Part shown: positions 13,401 through 27,236 of the stretch, in pieces
Numbering within the stretch: position 1 is the stretch's first letter
Layout of the letters: every line of letters begins with the position of its first letter
From: Balanoglossus misakiensis
Taxonomy: Eukaryota > Animalia > Hemichordata
DNA: 64,000 bases
Direction of reading: 5' to 3'
NCBI GenBank assembly: GCA_040954595.2
Contig: CM082581.2
Coordinates: forward strand, 2,224,699-2,288,698
Notes under the pieces: model-generated
Told to the model about the DNA's origin: nothing
Seen by the model: only the letters and a program-made list of their open reading frames with translations
The model's database searches: none
Made by a program: the position numbers and the translations under genes

Positions 13401-16029
13401 TAATGTCAAGCAAAGCATCGAAAAATCCCACGCTAAAAATGACGGAGATTTAAAAACAATCCTAGGATCCGGTCAGTCATTTGCTTGCTACGAATCATGT
13501 TGACGGTCTGTTGACTTTGAGTCTACCGATTCTGCCAAGAAGCGAGTAAATCGCCATCTACAACTAGAATCCCTCAACAAGCTGACACCAAAAGACCATG
13601 TTGTAAAAACAGAGTCTGTTGAATGGGACAAAAGCTCATTTGTAAGTGAACTTTCCAATTATGATGCTGGCAAGGTCAACTGGAGTAGCCTTGCGAGAAA
13701 GTACGGGCCAACAGCTGCAAATGGTGGCCAAATACTGAAAGAGTACGCAACCTCAGCTGGCATCGACACTGACAAGTTCAATATCAATTAGAAGGTTCAA
13801 GGTCGAGATTTTGTCAGAAGAGTACACCGTAAAACATTGAAAGGTCTTGGGGGAGGTGTCAAGAGCCCTGCAAGAAATATTGAAAACGAAAATAAGAAGT
13901 GGCGAAATCGGCATCGGTGAATTAATAGCACCAAAAGAGTTCCAAAAGATGACCATTGGAAAAGATGGCAAATTAAAAGAAGAAACTTATACAATCTACG
14001 CTAGAAAAATAAACTTACAGACAATCCGAAAACGAGAGCTTGACAGACAAATTAAGCTTGGTGTTCTGAGAAGCCATGTTTATGGGTATGACGACGGTCA
14101 TTACCAAAACCTAGAAGAAAAAGAAATAAGGGATGAGCTACAAAGAATACACGAGTTGAAAGAAGGAGAAACCATCGATGAAATGCGCAGTAAATTAAAA
14201 AGACTACATCACTCACGGCACTTCAAAATATGGCATGACCACAGTACTGTAGGCAACCATTCCCACATTGTCTTCATGGTGAGCTGGATATACGACGCGG
14301 CAACATATCTGACAAATGAGGAGTACTTGGAGAAACACGGAAAAAAAGTAAACGTTGACTCGCTTGTTGAGAAGCCACATCTATATATAATGGGACGATC
14401 CAACTCCAATGACGTTGATCAGCTGTCATATGTTGAAACCAGAGTAGAAGATCTAAAATGTGCAACAGGACCAATAACATCCGACGAAGGTTCCAGGGAA
14501 TACACAGATGTCCACCGATTTTTTCATGGCGATGGACCGGCACAGGAGTTTGAGGATTAGCACCAGAAAGGAGGTCACTACCAGTGCATCTGTGGAATAG
14601 AGTCAAGAAGACATGATGATCTGTCTGCATGTTACCATCTGAAATATCTGTCAATAGATGAGAAACGTAACTTGTTAATCAAGGGCAGCCCAATATGGAG
14701 AGAAAAGTCACGGCAAACTCCCCATCCATTTGCCAACCTAACAGTGGCCGACCTTAGGAGAGTGCTTGATGCTAGGGGTGAAGAAACTGAAGGATTAAAG
14801 AAGCCAGACTTACAATCTAAACTCTCTGAAATTTTACATGGTATGCAGAGAGTACCAGCACTGCTCCATCTCACTCCAGAATATAATCTTGCTGAAATAA
14901 ACTGCTCTGCATATGACATTTTGCCATCAGAGCCACTCCATGACCTGAAGGGACACATCCACAATGTGTTAGAAGAAATTCCAGCACAAACCAAGGATAA
15001 AGAAGAAGCAGTAAAGTTACAGAACTTTATTCAGGCAACATATGGTGGTAAAGACGAAATTCGGGGATGCGATGCACGCAAAGCTATCCTTCTGGTGTCC
15101 CAGTATCTTCACGAGAACAACATAAATACTGAGCATGGTCAGCTTATTGACACGCTTGCTGAAATAAGCGAAACTGCTTATAAACATGACAATGACAGAT
15201 GCCCACGACTGATTCTGCGATTGTATAACACTGTATTTTTGCATGGAATATTGTGCAAAAGGGTATTTGAGAAGCCAAAGAAACTTACCAAACGAAAGAT
15301 GTTCGGGCGGTATTTCCATAACATCACCGTCCATCTACCTGATCAACTGAGATTGGTTTCTCTGAGGTCAACAAATGCTGAAAACCAGGAGCGAGTTTTC
15401 AATCGAATACGGAGAGTGACGAAAACAACTTCCTCCAAGCGTCCAGGTGGTATCATAGGTAATGCCATGATACGTCTAGGTGCAGAAGAAGAGATGACAA
15501 AAGAAAGAGATCCATCACAAATTATAGAATCTGAAATTAGCAAAATTGGAAAGCAGCTCCCAAAACGTCAGAATACAGTAATCCCTGAGGACGAAATACT
15601 GCGACGACCAACACTACTGCAAAGCCACTATGAAAGGATTGCAGATTTCTTGCTGCCAGGAGAAGGTGCATTGTGGCAGAGACATGAGGAAGCAATAGAG
15701 TTTTTAACTCTGATACCCAGGATGATTTCAAGGTATCTGCAGTGCAATTTAGTCCCAAATATTTTAACTCACACTTTTATTTCTTTTCAATAACAATTAC
15801 TGTTGATTATATGCAGACATAATACAACAGATTGCATGGTGTTTTGGGACAGGAAAAACTAATCTAAAATATAGTATCAAAGCATCAAAAATTACATCTA
15901 TACATGCCCTGTCTTTTTCATGGAACTTTTCTGTCAAGCAGGTTCTGTTATTTTTTGTGACGAGCAACCTCCATTTTTACAAATAATAGAACTATTCTCG
16001 GATATCCCACATGTTTTATGGCTTTCTAA

Positions 16030-16372
16030 AAAGGTCTCTCACTCGCTGCCCTTTTTCTTTTTGTGTTTGATACAAAACACCATTTATGTTAATGTACATG
16101 TGTATATGTAGTGAATGAACGTTCAACCACACACAAGTTCCACCATGCTTGTATATGAGAGTAAAAACTCGCCCAAAATGAATAAATGGTAGAGACCGAT
16201 TGTTCATTTTGGCAAGGTTTTTCACTCTCGTGTCTACAAGCGGGATGGAAGGTGTGTGTGGTTGAATGTTCATTCAGTATATATCCACATGTACATTAAC
16301 ATAAACAGTGTCTTGAATGAAACATAATATTAATGGGAAAAGGGCAGCGAGAGAGAGAGACTTTGTCCCTTT
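16030..16372. mobile_element. Palindromic MITE (Kolobok-like, ...GACTTTGTCCCT-TTAA end); related copies at ~24930-25168 and ~34372-34570
   Basis: Fold-back structure centred on AAAATGAATAAATGGTAGAGACCGATT.TTCATTTTGG; the same core recurs at ~24980 and, inverted, at ~34510. Confidence 0.7.
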
Positions 16373-17707
16373 TAACAGCATGCAAATCCTTATTTATTTT
16401 GGAAAATTCTATTGTAAAAATTGTCCAAGATTATAGTACTTACATTAGCCATTGGTGTTGTGTGTAAACTGTTATATAAAGAATGTTTGATCAATCTCCT
16501 TACCTGTTTATTTCTATAGGAACCAGGACCTCATCTGCATCATTTCCGGTCATAATCTCTGCAAAAGGTACAATGTGATATCAACAGGTGTTGGTAAGAT
16601 TGTGTGGACAGAGTAAGAAGTGAAGCAATTGCTTTACCAATCCACAAGATAAAGCTCTATGACAGCAATGGTGAAAGAAGTGGTAGCCTCACTGTCACAG
16701 GCTTTCAAGATGATAGCAGACGTAAGAGCATATTACATCACAGTCAAACCAAATAAGTGACTTCATCTGTATGCATATAATTTTGGGGGAAACATTACTT
16801 TCAAAAATATGAATTTCTTTCACTTCAGCCTGTCAAAATTAATTGACCTATATATACCCAGCCATGTTCAACTTTCAATACCACATGAATTCAATGAAAG
16901 TATATCTAATGGGCGAAATGTGTTGCTTCTCGCCTGATTTAGCAAAATTGAGTGACATAAATACTGGCTGGAACGGCTTAGTTAAATGAACGTTTGAAAT
17001 TATTTTTGAATTATGATTAGTCTATAGCAGTAATAAATTTTGAAATAACACTATATAATACAAGCACTACAAAAAATGTCAATATTTTATACTACCTTAT
17101 AGAATCCGAGGAAATTCCAGAGCATCCAATTGGTGTAGATGATGATGACCATGACTTGTTGATTGATCCTGGTTCCCATGAACACATCCTCTCAGTAGAA
17201 GATGATAAACTTGCCCCTGATATCACCATGGACATGAATGACATCGAGCCGACAAGTGTACCTGAAAGGAACATAACATTACATGGTAGCAATGCTGAGG
17301 AGACCCGTTGCAGTATACCAATAGAAGATACAAGACAGAAACAGCATAGTACAGGGGAAGACATCAACATGACAGACTGTGATTTGGAAACAGAGCACAC
17401 TGAGGAGACAGTTGAAGCAGAAAGGATGGAAGTCAATGGTATGGAAAATTGCTGCACTCAAGAAGGTAACTATTACTATAGTGAAGTTACCATGTATGGG
17501 ATTGTTCATTTCAAGGTTCCACTCATTCTTATTTCCTCCCCCCCCCCCCCCACCATCCCCAAATAAATCTGCAAGCCCACATTCCAAGCACATAGTTATG
17601 TCACAGTGCAGGAGATAGTCATTTCAATTTTATTTTAGAAAGGAAAGATAAATGTGTGTGAGCGGGAAAAGATATGAAACATGACACACCCACATATATG
17701 TACATTT

Positions 17708-18145
17708 ATAATATACCTCATGCTAATACTGTGCCGTGATTCGCCAGAATCCGTCACGTGATAGGAAAATAGAATCGACTATGAACCGCTAGGGAAATAG
17801 CAGAAAAAATATAAACCGGTCACGTGACCCGCGTGAGTGCGCAGACTCGGTCACGTCAATCAGCGTCGCGTCGTCTGACACAATGGCCACCACTGAAGAT
17901 GTCGTCTGCCAGCCTCAAGAAAAAATTGCAAGATTTTCCCAGCTGTTAGCATGAGGTTTATTATAAAACACCTATAGCCTGGCCTATATTCGGGCCATAG
18001 CAGCCGTTTTTACCCCCTCGTGACTGTGAGTTACCAGAATCATATGCTATTTCCCTCGGCCGCATATGATTCTGGTAACTCACAGCCCCTCGGGTGTAAT
18101 AAACGGCCGCTATGGCCCTCATGGCCAGGCAATAGGTGTTCAATA
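17708..18145. mobile_element. Non-autonomous double-hairpin element (Crypton-like MITE)
   Basis: Two adjacent inverted-repeat pairs: ACCTCATGCTAA/TTAGCATGAGGT (17717/17947) and AACACCTATAGCCTGGCC/GGCCAGGCAATAGGTGTT (17967/18123). The family assignment is an inference. Confidence 0.55.
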
Positions 18146-19975
18146 TTTCATGTTGACCTTGTGGAACCCCAGGTCAGTTTAAGTGGCCCAAAAGGAAATC
18201 ACTTTAAGAAAAACTCATTATTATTGCTGTTAAACCTTAATGTTGTTTTCTTGTTTGCATTCAGGCAAGTCAAGTATCAAAGAAGTTGCCAAATCAACAG
18301 CAAAGATAACAGCCACACATGAAGAGTCATCAATCTCAGAGTAAAGTTAGTGATACTTCTTCAACCACGATGGACAGTCTGATATTTGTCCTTGGAGAGA
18401 CAAAAGAAGTCGAATAATTTGATAAATCACGAAATTCTTTGAAGGCCCTTCCCAATGATAAGAAGTTAATAAATGAATATATAGAAGCTAAGGTGAAAGT
18501 AGGAACAAAGCTGATGAAATCATACAGCATAGCCAAGCTGTCAATCAAAGAGTGGGAACAAGAATATTGCATAAATCATTGGGGTTGTGCACCAAATTTG
18601 GAAGATTACAAGAGAAATAAACGTATATTGAAATTGTACAAACAAACAAAAATGGCAACACATTTTTTGAAACGCTGGAATATTGATTATAACTGAGAGG
18701 TGAAGTATTTCCAGCTGTATGTGCATGCAATTTGATTACTCAGTGTGGACATATTTTGTACACTACACGTACATTCAGAAATATGGCATATTTTCCTAAT
18801 GACATGGAGATTTTTGTGACTTCTGATGCAGAGTAAATATACAAGATATTGTTAACTTTGGTGAATTTAAGTTCATTTTGTTGTGGTTTAATTTACTGTA
18901 AATAATTTTTCCAAATGTTTGCATTGTATAATTTACTTCCAAATCAGATGTTCTTTCCTTGTCATTTGCTACCAAAATGTAGTACCAAATGCATGGCATT
19001 TGTATGTCTGTGTTCAGGCTGTGGCCACAACCAATCTTGTAGCTGTGGCTGAGACTTTCAATTTTCTGCTTGATGTTAATAAACAATAACTTTGTAGTTT
19101 TGAATTTTGATGGAAAGGCAATCATCTATATTTGTCACTCATAAAAATGCACATTTCTTGACAATGTTGTTGAACCACTTCTCCCAAAATAATGGGACCC
19201 TTTGGTTTCAACCCCCAACCTGGCAGTGTTCAAATCTCACATTGTAAACACCACCTGCACCTGCACTTTGTTAATACAAGGAGACTGGAAACAGTGTGCT
19301 ACACAATAAATTGAGACAAAGGAGTGTTACAAGACTTAACAAACAAGTAATTAACATATGGCCTAGTTGCACAGGAAAATGCTACAAACAAGTTTTTCCC
19401 GCCCAAGTCAGACTGTGCGTGGCGTGGGTCCATAGCTGCAGCTGTGGTGTTTTCTGGCTAATTGTACTTTTCCTTTTTACGGGCTCTTTTTCCGTGTCGA
19501 TCAGAAAATTGCCCGCAAAATGTCAGACAAAAATTGCCAGAAAACACCACTGCTATGACCCAGAATGAGATTATACTTAGGCCGTCCTCTGCATGCCATA
19601 CTATCGATCGCACGTACCGAACGAAACTCGCATCACATGCAAACCGAAAATAGCTGATAAGAACTTACCTTCATTGTACAGTTTACCGTAAAAAGCAGTC
19701 TTACACCGACGATTACGTTGGCAGGAAATGAAGGCATCGACTAAAACAACATGAATCGGATGTACCGCGTACCGCCCACACGATGCACATGTCTGTCGCG
19801 ATACAATACCATAGACTATTTTACTTCTGTCCATTCGCTCGCAAACGTCGTTTTCTGAATGTGTTATGAGCTTTGGGCACATTTAAGGACCGAAACGGGG
19901 AGATTTTTGACATTTTTTTGCCGAATTTTCGTCAAAACCTCGCCGTTTCGGTCCACGCCCGCCCACACATCATAT

Positions 19976-20673
19976 AGGGCGTTCTCACTGGCACGTTTAC
20001 ACCGGTGCTACAGCGGTGTAGATTTGACACCGACGGAAAAAAACAAGTGAGAACGCTTTACACCGGTGTTGGGCCGGTGTTGATTTGCGACGGCGATGGG
20101 TGGCGGGTCAGGGCCAGTGCTGGGCCAGCGCTCCGACGCAAATAGTCAGTGAGAACGCAAAGATAAACAAACACCGTTCAAAAGCGCCACCCTGCAGTGA
20201 CTTTTGGGTATGTTTATTAGGTATAGCCCATTGTCTTTGGTCAGTTTCCATTGTTAAGTCAATCACACTGGACGTGAGTGGTTTTCAAACCATTCGCAGT
20301 TTGCATGGTCTGCAACACTTCTGTCTGCTACCAACTTTCGGAAGGTTCTCTCGATCACCGAAAAGCTGAGGCATTTTCCATTTATGGATTAACATTCATT
20401 TACTTCTAAACATTATCAAAACTGTCACAAAGTCGTCTAGAACGCATATGCAGGTATAGAAACTGCAACATGTTGCTGTAATGTCCTCGACGTCCTCAAT
20501 TTTGTTAGTTGCCGTGTTGCTAAACATGGCCATTTAGACGATGTTTATTTCAAAACAGTGGCCAAAAGTTTAGTGTGTGGACGCACGGAGATTCTGTGGA
20601 CTAATCCCCTGTGTTTGCAGAGAGTAAACACTGGCATTACACCGGTGTCAAAACTTTTAGTGAGAACAAGACT
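19976..20673 (+). mobile_element. ~700-bp MITE (Harbinger-like), copy 1
   Basis: Imperfect TIR AGGGCGTTCTCACT..AGTGAGAACAAGACT; a near-identical inverted copy lies at 43907-44615. Confidence 0.85.
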
Positions 20674-21407
20674 ATGGAGGTACTAGATAGAAGGAGCGAG
20701 GACGCTTTTGTTTCCTATAAACCCCATGTGCGTCTTAATCTGTTTGCAGATATCATTAGGATCTCATCCTTTTATCACCTGATAGGCGTTCATAAAAGCT
20801 GTGCGCTTGCGTAGATAAACAAATTATAGCTGGCGGCGTGTCTCCATGATTTACATTTAGCATATTCAACCAGACCAAACTGCTGTGCCGAAAGTCTCTG
20901 CACTAGCAATTACAATGGTGACTATCGGGCATCCCACACCATCCCACGCGAACAAAAATACTTGCATCGGGAAGATTGGTTTTCAAAGAAAACCTAAGAA
21001 CTTATTGTTTTTTGCGGAAGTTTGCGAAAAACTCAAAATATACATTTCAAAATCATGCTTTTTGGTTGTACAAAGAAGAAAAATAACGCCACAAGTCTTC
21101 CAAGACGTCCGCCTGACACGTTTCCGGTAGTGGTGATGCGTAAACTTCACCCCTAGATGTAAATAAAAGTCACCACGCATATGTAGTACGCTCGTCCGCG
21201 ATGTGCGCATTGTGTTTTTAATATCATAGAAATATTACCCCGTAGATCTTGCAAACCTAACTGTAAAATCGGCGGTAACGCACAGTGGGTTCAAAGGACG
21301 CTTTCAACACAGAAACACAAAGACTTAAGAAGCTTATCACACTTCAGAAGAAAGGGAGTTAATCCGCTTAAAATCCGTCCTCGCTCCTTCTCTCTAGTAC
21401 CTCCATG
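20673..21407. mobile_element. MITE with ~31-bp TIRs
   Basis: ATGGAGGTACTAGATAGAAGGAGCGAGGACG at 20674 is inverted as CGTCCTCGCTCCTTCTCTCTAGTACCTCCAT at ~21376-21406. Confidence 0.85.
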
Positions 21408-22689
21408 CACACATGAAACCACGCAACCACGAGGCTGAAGCCTTGGAAACCACCTAAGCTCGGCAATGCGTGTGTGCTCATGAATATGTAATATCTAATT
21501 CGCATATTCATGAAAAAGTAACCAAAAAAACAGGAAAACATTTTTAAAATACCAATAAAAAATTAAAAAAACTAAACATTTGCAGTTTTTCTTTATTTAC
21601 AATTTGATATATTTTTAGATTTTCAGTCAACATTTTTTTTAATTTTTCGAGTTTTTTTTAAACATGCCGGGTTCAGAGATTTGTCCTTCCATGACTAGGG
21701 AAGCAATCAGGGATCGTCACATACGTCGGGTGCGGGATAACACTGTCCGCGGAAATGTTGATTTTGTTGCCCCAACTACTGAAGATAAGACAGCAATTCA
21801 ACGTAAAATTTCAAAGCTTCGAACTCTGATGAAGGAGGGTAGGGCAACAAATTTTGACGTGTTGTCAACGGTACTTGATTTCTTCCTGACGAGTCACGAA
21901 ACGAACGGCAATGGTGGTATGCGTGACGAACCAGAAGAAGGTGCTTTCCACGAACCAGTGTACCAGAGGTGTCCAATAGAACGGACCAGATGTATTTGAC
22001 AACGACCCTCTCTGTCCAGAACCTCGTAAAAACTGTCGAATCACACTCCGGAGCATGTCGAGGAACTCTTGCCTCAAAGCGCACGACTATGATGGGCCAC
22101 GCGGGGAGGGTCAGTTTCAAGTGCGAGGAAGATCATGGATTCAATTGGAATTCTTCGCCGTATTTACCGAACGGGAGACTACTCGTCAACTACAGGTAAG
22201 TGTAAATACAGTGACATTGTATGATACGGACTTATATTGTTTTGTCATCTTTTATTTACCAAGAATACGTCAATGTATTATGCTCTCGCGTCGTAACTTT
22301 GAAATGCTATGAACATTATCCAACAGATTGTTACACGGGTTGTTGTCAGCTGGCGTACGGACGCGGACTTATGACACTGTAACCAGCAGTGCAAATATGG
22401 GGTCGTTGAAGGACAAGTATAGAACGAAATGTAAGCTTACACTTTCTTATAGCTGAAACTATCTAGTTTTATATTTATTTGTGATCAGTCCTACTTTTAG
22501 TGTGGTCAACTTACATTGATTCTCAGACTGTTTCAATATAGTGTATGACCATGGAGTTACAGACATGACTGCAGCATATAAAGACATGTCAAGACAATTT
22601 TTTTTCCAAATGTATTAACTGTCGACCATCATCACAGTCACCCCATGACTGTGCTGGCATATAAAGTAGGCAAATCATCACTAATATTT

Positions 22690-25600
22690 GGGTCGCCGCA
22701 AGGGAAAAGGGCCCTTATGCAAGTGTACGTCATTTTTAGTAATTTGCATTTGAATAGGTGACGTTCTATGTGTGCTTTTCATATGCAAATATTCGCCTGC
22801 ACGCTGGAGGAAAATGGATTTGTTCAGTATATTGCCCAACTTTTTCGAGAAAATGACAAAAGATATTCAAAGTATATCACGAAACACAGAACATTTATGT
22901 CATTTCTTCACTGAATTCGATTTCTATAGCTCAAAAAACACTTCTCACGTAGAGCGTTTACATTGTATCTAATTTTATTCCCGCCATTTTGCTCAGTTCA
23001 TATACACGTGACCTCAGCGCTAAGGAGGTCAGAGTCAGAAATCGCTGTGCTACTGATGTTTCCGGTTGCGTAAAATCATGGCATTCTCGGTACCTCTCGA
23101 CCCGCAATTAAATGCCGAGCTGTGGACTTTGCTCGAAGAACGCCACGACGAGTTGGTCGAAACATTTAGTCCGCCGCAATCTAGGGAGAATTCCCAGTGT
23201 TCTGTTTCAGCCGATAGTGTACGCGATCACTGCCACCAGGGAGACGACGACGATAGCGATGAAGACGAGCCAGTACCTGAAGCAGAGCCAGTCGAATTGG
23301 CGAGACTGTACTCTCAGTTACACCCAGAGATGGGTCAAGAAGATCGCGAAGAAGGAAATGACTGTGACGCCTTGGATAAGCCATCGGTGGAGGCCGTAAT
23401 GCGGACTGGGTGTGTTTGTAAACACCAGTGCTACTCGAACTTTGCTGTGGACAGGGTGTGGGAATACCGTTTGAACATGTCAGAATTCCAGAAAGACCAT
23501 CTTGATGTTCTCATCCTTGCAAAGTTAGAACAGTGTGAGGTTCATGGAGAACCTGTCCGTGGTGGTAAACGTGCGCGACAGTCCTTTGATTACGTCTTTG
23601 ATGGTCAACGCGTGTGTGAAAAAGTTTGGCGTTACATTCACAACTTGGGTGAGTGGCAGGGTATTTTTACGTTGGCACCAATGATTTATTTACATGTCGT
23701 GATATCCTCATCACACCCTGTGCGAGCATGAGTACTCGAAATGTGGATTGTTAGGTGAATTATTGCATCCGATTGTTGATTTTTAATAGATTCCCCACAT
23801 CACGTAGTTTACCGTAGTGCAGCAGTGACAGTCAATAAAGGATGATGATGTCATCTTTTTCCTCCCTCACATGACCTTTGTTTACTTGGGGATTTTTCTC
23901 AAAGAGTTTTCTAAGTGTCCTGGCCCCCACAATCTTGATGTTGATTTTTTAAGAGAAGACACAACTTTACAGTAATTTCTTTTTAAATGTGTATCAAACG
24001 ATTTTGAGAAGATTTAAACTACAGAGAAGTCATTGTTTTGACATAATCTTGGGATAGTATTAGTTAGTATTATCATCCTATAACTCTAATTATAGGGGAG
24101 AAAATGTTCAAGAATTTAAAGGCCCACTACAAAATCCATGGTGTGGTACCCAGAGATCATGGTCGTCGAGGAAAACGACCAGCCAATGCCTATTCATTTG
24201 AAGTAAGTATTACATTTCTGCATGCCATAACAAATATCTTTAAGAAGTATATTCTTATACCATGTAAATGTGTATAAGAGTGTATTTATACTTGGTAATA
24301 AATTTCATATTTATTATGGTTTATTATTATCACGCAAACATGTGCTTTTATGTCAAAGGGACAGGAATAGGTGCTCAGTACAGACAGGTTTCCAGATTAG
24401 ACAGGGTTCGGTTTATTGTTGCCTTGAGTCGTAACAAAGGCGTCAGGATTTATTATAACACACCATGCAGCGAACACTCGATCGTGATTCGTCAATACGC
24501 CGTCACGTGACCTTAGTCATTTCGAACTGTTCCCTAGGGCATGATTTCGACCGGTTTCTGCCTGGTACTGTTGCCTGGATGTGGTGTGTGTCATGTTTGG
24601 TGTGTTATGAAACACATGATGACTGACATATTCGGGCAACGGTGTATTTTTGATGACCTCGGGACTGCTAGTCACAACTAAAACAGTCTTGTTTTCCCTA
24701 TGCCCTCAGTCCCAAGGTCATCAAAAATACACTGTTGCCCTCATTGTCACTGTCAGTCATCATGTGTATGCAGTAATACTGTATCTGGGCCCCTCAATAT
24801 CTTGTCTCCTCCTCCTGACAGCTGCTTCATATGCTGGCCATCTTGAAGTAGTATTTTTCACCCACAGTTTGGAGCATGCCCAATTGACACTGAGACTTTC
24901 ACATGGACCCTCCGACATTGAATCAGTGCTCGACCACACACAACATCCACTTTGCAGGATGAGAATAAAAATCTTGTCAAAATGAATAAATGGTAGAGAC
25001 CGATTATTCATTTCGGCCAGTTTTTCACTCTCGCATCTTCAAGTGGGATGGAAGTTGTGTTTGGTCAACATTGATTCCCTATATCCACACGTAGAATAAC
25101 AAATGGTGTCTTGTATCAAACATAATTAATGGAAAAAAGGGCAGTGAGAGAGAGACTTTGTCCCTTTAGGTGGTTTGCTATCTAACCTGTATATGTGTTC
25201 TCAGTGTTCACTAATTTATTTTGAGTGACTTAACTATTCTTTTTTCCAAACAGACAGTGCAAGATGCTGTTCAGTTCAGTTCCTGGTCAGATATGCAGAT
25301 GACAATGGTCTGCCTATGCCAGCTGCTCCTTGTGGTAGAGATGGAAGGCCTCCAATTTATCTTCCATCCTGTGACACCAAGGCTGATATGTATAAGAAGT
25401 ATGTGGAGGCCTGTAATGTTTGTCAGCCAACCAAGCAGCCTGTGGGGGAGACAACTTTCCGAAATATCTGGAAATTGTGTGTACCACACATTCAGCGAAT
25501 GGAACCTCGTACAGATGTGTGTGCCAAATGTGAACACTTCCGGAATGAAATTCAGTTTGCCTCAACAGAAGAAGACAAACTGAACTCTAGTATTGCATTC

Positions 25601-27236
25601 TCAGGACACATTTTGAAATCACAAAATGAAAGAGAATTTCTGAACTTGTGCATTAGAAAGGCACAGGATGAACTCAGAGACATTGAAGTTCAGCCCCCAT
25701 GTAGTCCTTGCTCTTATGATTTACATAATGTTCATTATACATTTGATTTTGCACAGAGTTTTCTGCTGCCCCATCAGTCTCGTCAAGTTAGTCCACTGTA
25801 TTTTCTGAATCCACTACGTGTAAATTGCTTTGGTATATGTAATGATAGTCAACAATCTCAAATGAATTATCTGTTTGATGAGTCTGAGACCATTGGCATT
25901 GATAACAGAAAGTGCCATGGTGCCAATAATGTAGTTAGCATGCTTCACAATTATTTTGAGGAGCATGGATTGGGTGAAAAGAGTTGTCATTGCCATGCTG
26001 ACAACTGTGGAGGTCAGAATAAAAACAAAACTGTCATTCATTATTTTTGTTACCGTACCAGTACTGGTTAACATGACGAAATTAATTATCATTTCTTGGA
26101 ACCAGGTCATACAAAGTGCATTTGTGATGCTTGTTTCGGTAAGATTCGGCAAGTGTATCGTAGAAGTGATGTTGACACAGTTCAGCAGCTGGCAGACATT
26201 GTGTCAAAAAGTTCACGAATAAACAATGTGAAATGTTATGGCAGTCGGAATTCTGATCCCAACTTTCAATGGTTTGAGTGGGATTCATTTTTTTCTTCAT
26301 TTCTCAAACCATTGAAGGGAATTCGTGTTTATCATCATTTTAGATTCACCAAGAATGATCCTGGTGCTGTATATGTTAAAAAATTAGTCACAGATGATGA
26401 AATCCGTATAGATCTGCTCAAAAGAAATGCTACTTGGCCTCCATCACCACATATAAAACCCTCTGTATTGCCTGCTGGAGGAATGAGTTTAGCCAGATGG
26501 AGAGAGTTACAGAAGGAAATTGTTCCATTTGTCAGACAGCCATTTAGACATGCATTTTGCCCCGAAGAGTAAATCCAAAAACCCACTGAATACTCTTGCT
26601 TGTATGTAGTACTGAAAATAAATGCAAACTTGTAAATATTTAAATGTTATCTGAAAAAAATGATAGTTAGAATTGTATGTAGCAATATCAGTGATGTAAT
26701 GGTTGGAGTTCTGACACTACAGGTAGCCATGGCAACAGTTTAGATGGAGACTGCTGGTAGCCATGGCAACAGTTATGTCAATAATGTCATGTAAATATTC
26801 ATATTTTCGGAGGATGTGATGTGTAGAGTTTTGGCACTTGTGGTGTCTAATAAAATGTATTTTTAAATAGAACTAGCATCATCTTGTGTGCTTTCCACCC
26901 CTATGATATAATGGAATGACAGACACCCCCTCTCCCCCTAAAAAGTTGATTTAGTCAGTACCTACGGTATAAATGGATACAGATCTTCCATGTAGTTGGG
27001 AAAAGATGTTTGGTTTTTAAACCTCTTTATTGTGAAACAAAAACAGTGAATTTTATTTGTGGGCTGAGGTCAAAGGTCATATGTCACATTCAATGGGCCA
27101 CAAATGCCATTTCCAGGTGTAAGTTCATAGTGAGCGGCACACATATGAAAAGAGGAGCACAGGTACTATCAAAAAACGACAAAAAATAAAAATCGAAAAA
27201 TCCATGCATAAGGGCCCTTTTCCCTTGCGGCGGCCC
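22690..27236 (+). mobile_element. Full-length Sola (Sola2-type) DNA transposon
   Basis: 32-bp TIR GGGTCGCCGCAAGGGAAAAGGGCCCTTATGCA / TGCATAAGGGCCCTTTTCCCTTGCGGCGGCCC (1 mismatch); 4-bp TSD ATTT on both sides; GRG..CYC termini. Confidence 0.92.
23079..26572 (+). pseudogene. Sola2 DDD transposase; exons ~23079-23648, ~24095-24202, ~25254-26572; premature TAA at 26069 and frameshift near 25280
   Basis: Motifs GCVCKHQC, PRDHGRRGKRPANA, PRTDVCAKC, TFDFAQ, HADNCGGQNKN, FLEPGHTKCICDACFG, YHHFRF. Confidence 0.88.

Larger units (their letters stand above)
12724..18696 (+). pseudogene. Large decayed DDE transposase with RAG1/Transib-like catalytic and Zn motifs and an internal SAP-like domain
   Basis: ORF pieces are joined across stops (12949, 13501, 14558) and frameshifts. 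They show HTH-like VNWSSLARKYG..NGGQILKEY, WHDHS (D1), FFHGDGPA (D2), HYQCICG, SAP-like LTVADLRRVLDARG..GLKKPDL, EPLHDLKGH, YFHNITVHLP and NAENQERVFN (E). Probable further exons lie at ~16520-16720, 17100-17465 and 18265-18696. Confidence 0.7.

Noticed and set aside
11880-19296. Possible termini of the RAG1-like element (TTGGGGGT.GAAA near 11890 vs inverse near 19205; CAGTG at 19228 and 19296)
   Set aside because: Match too short and no TSD found.
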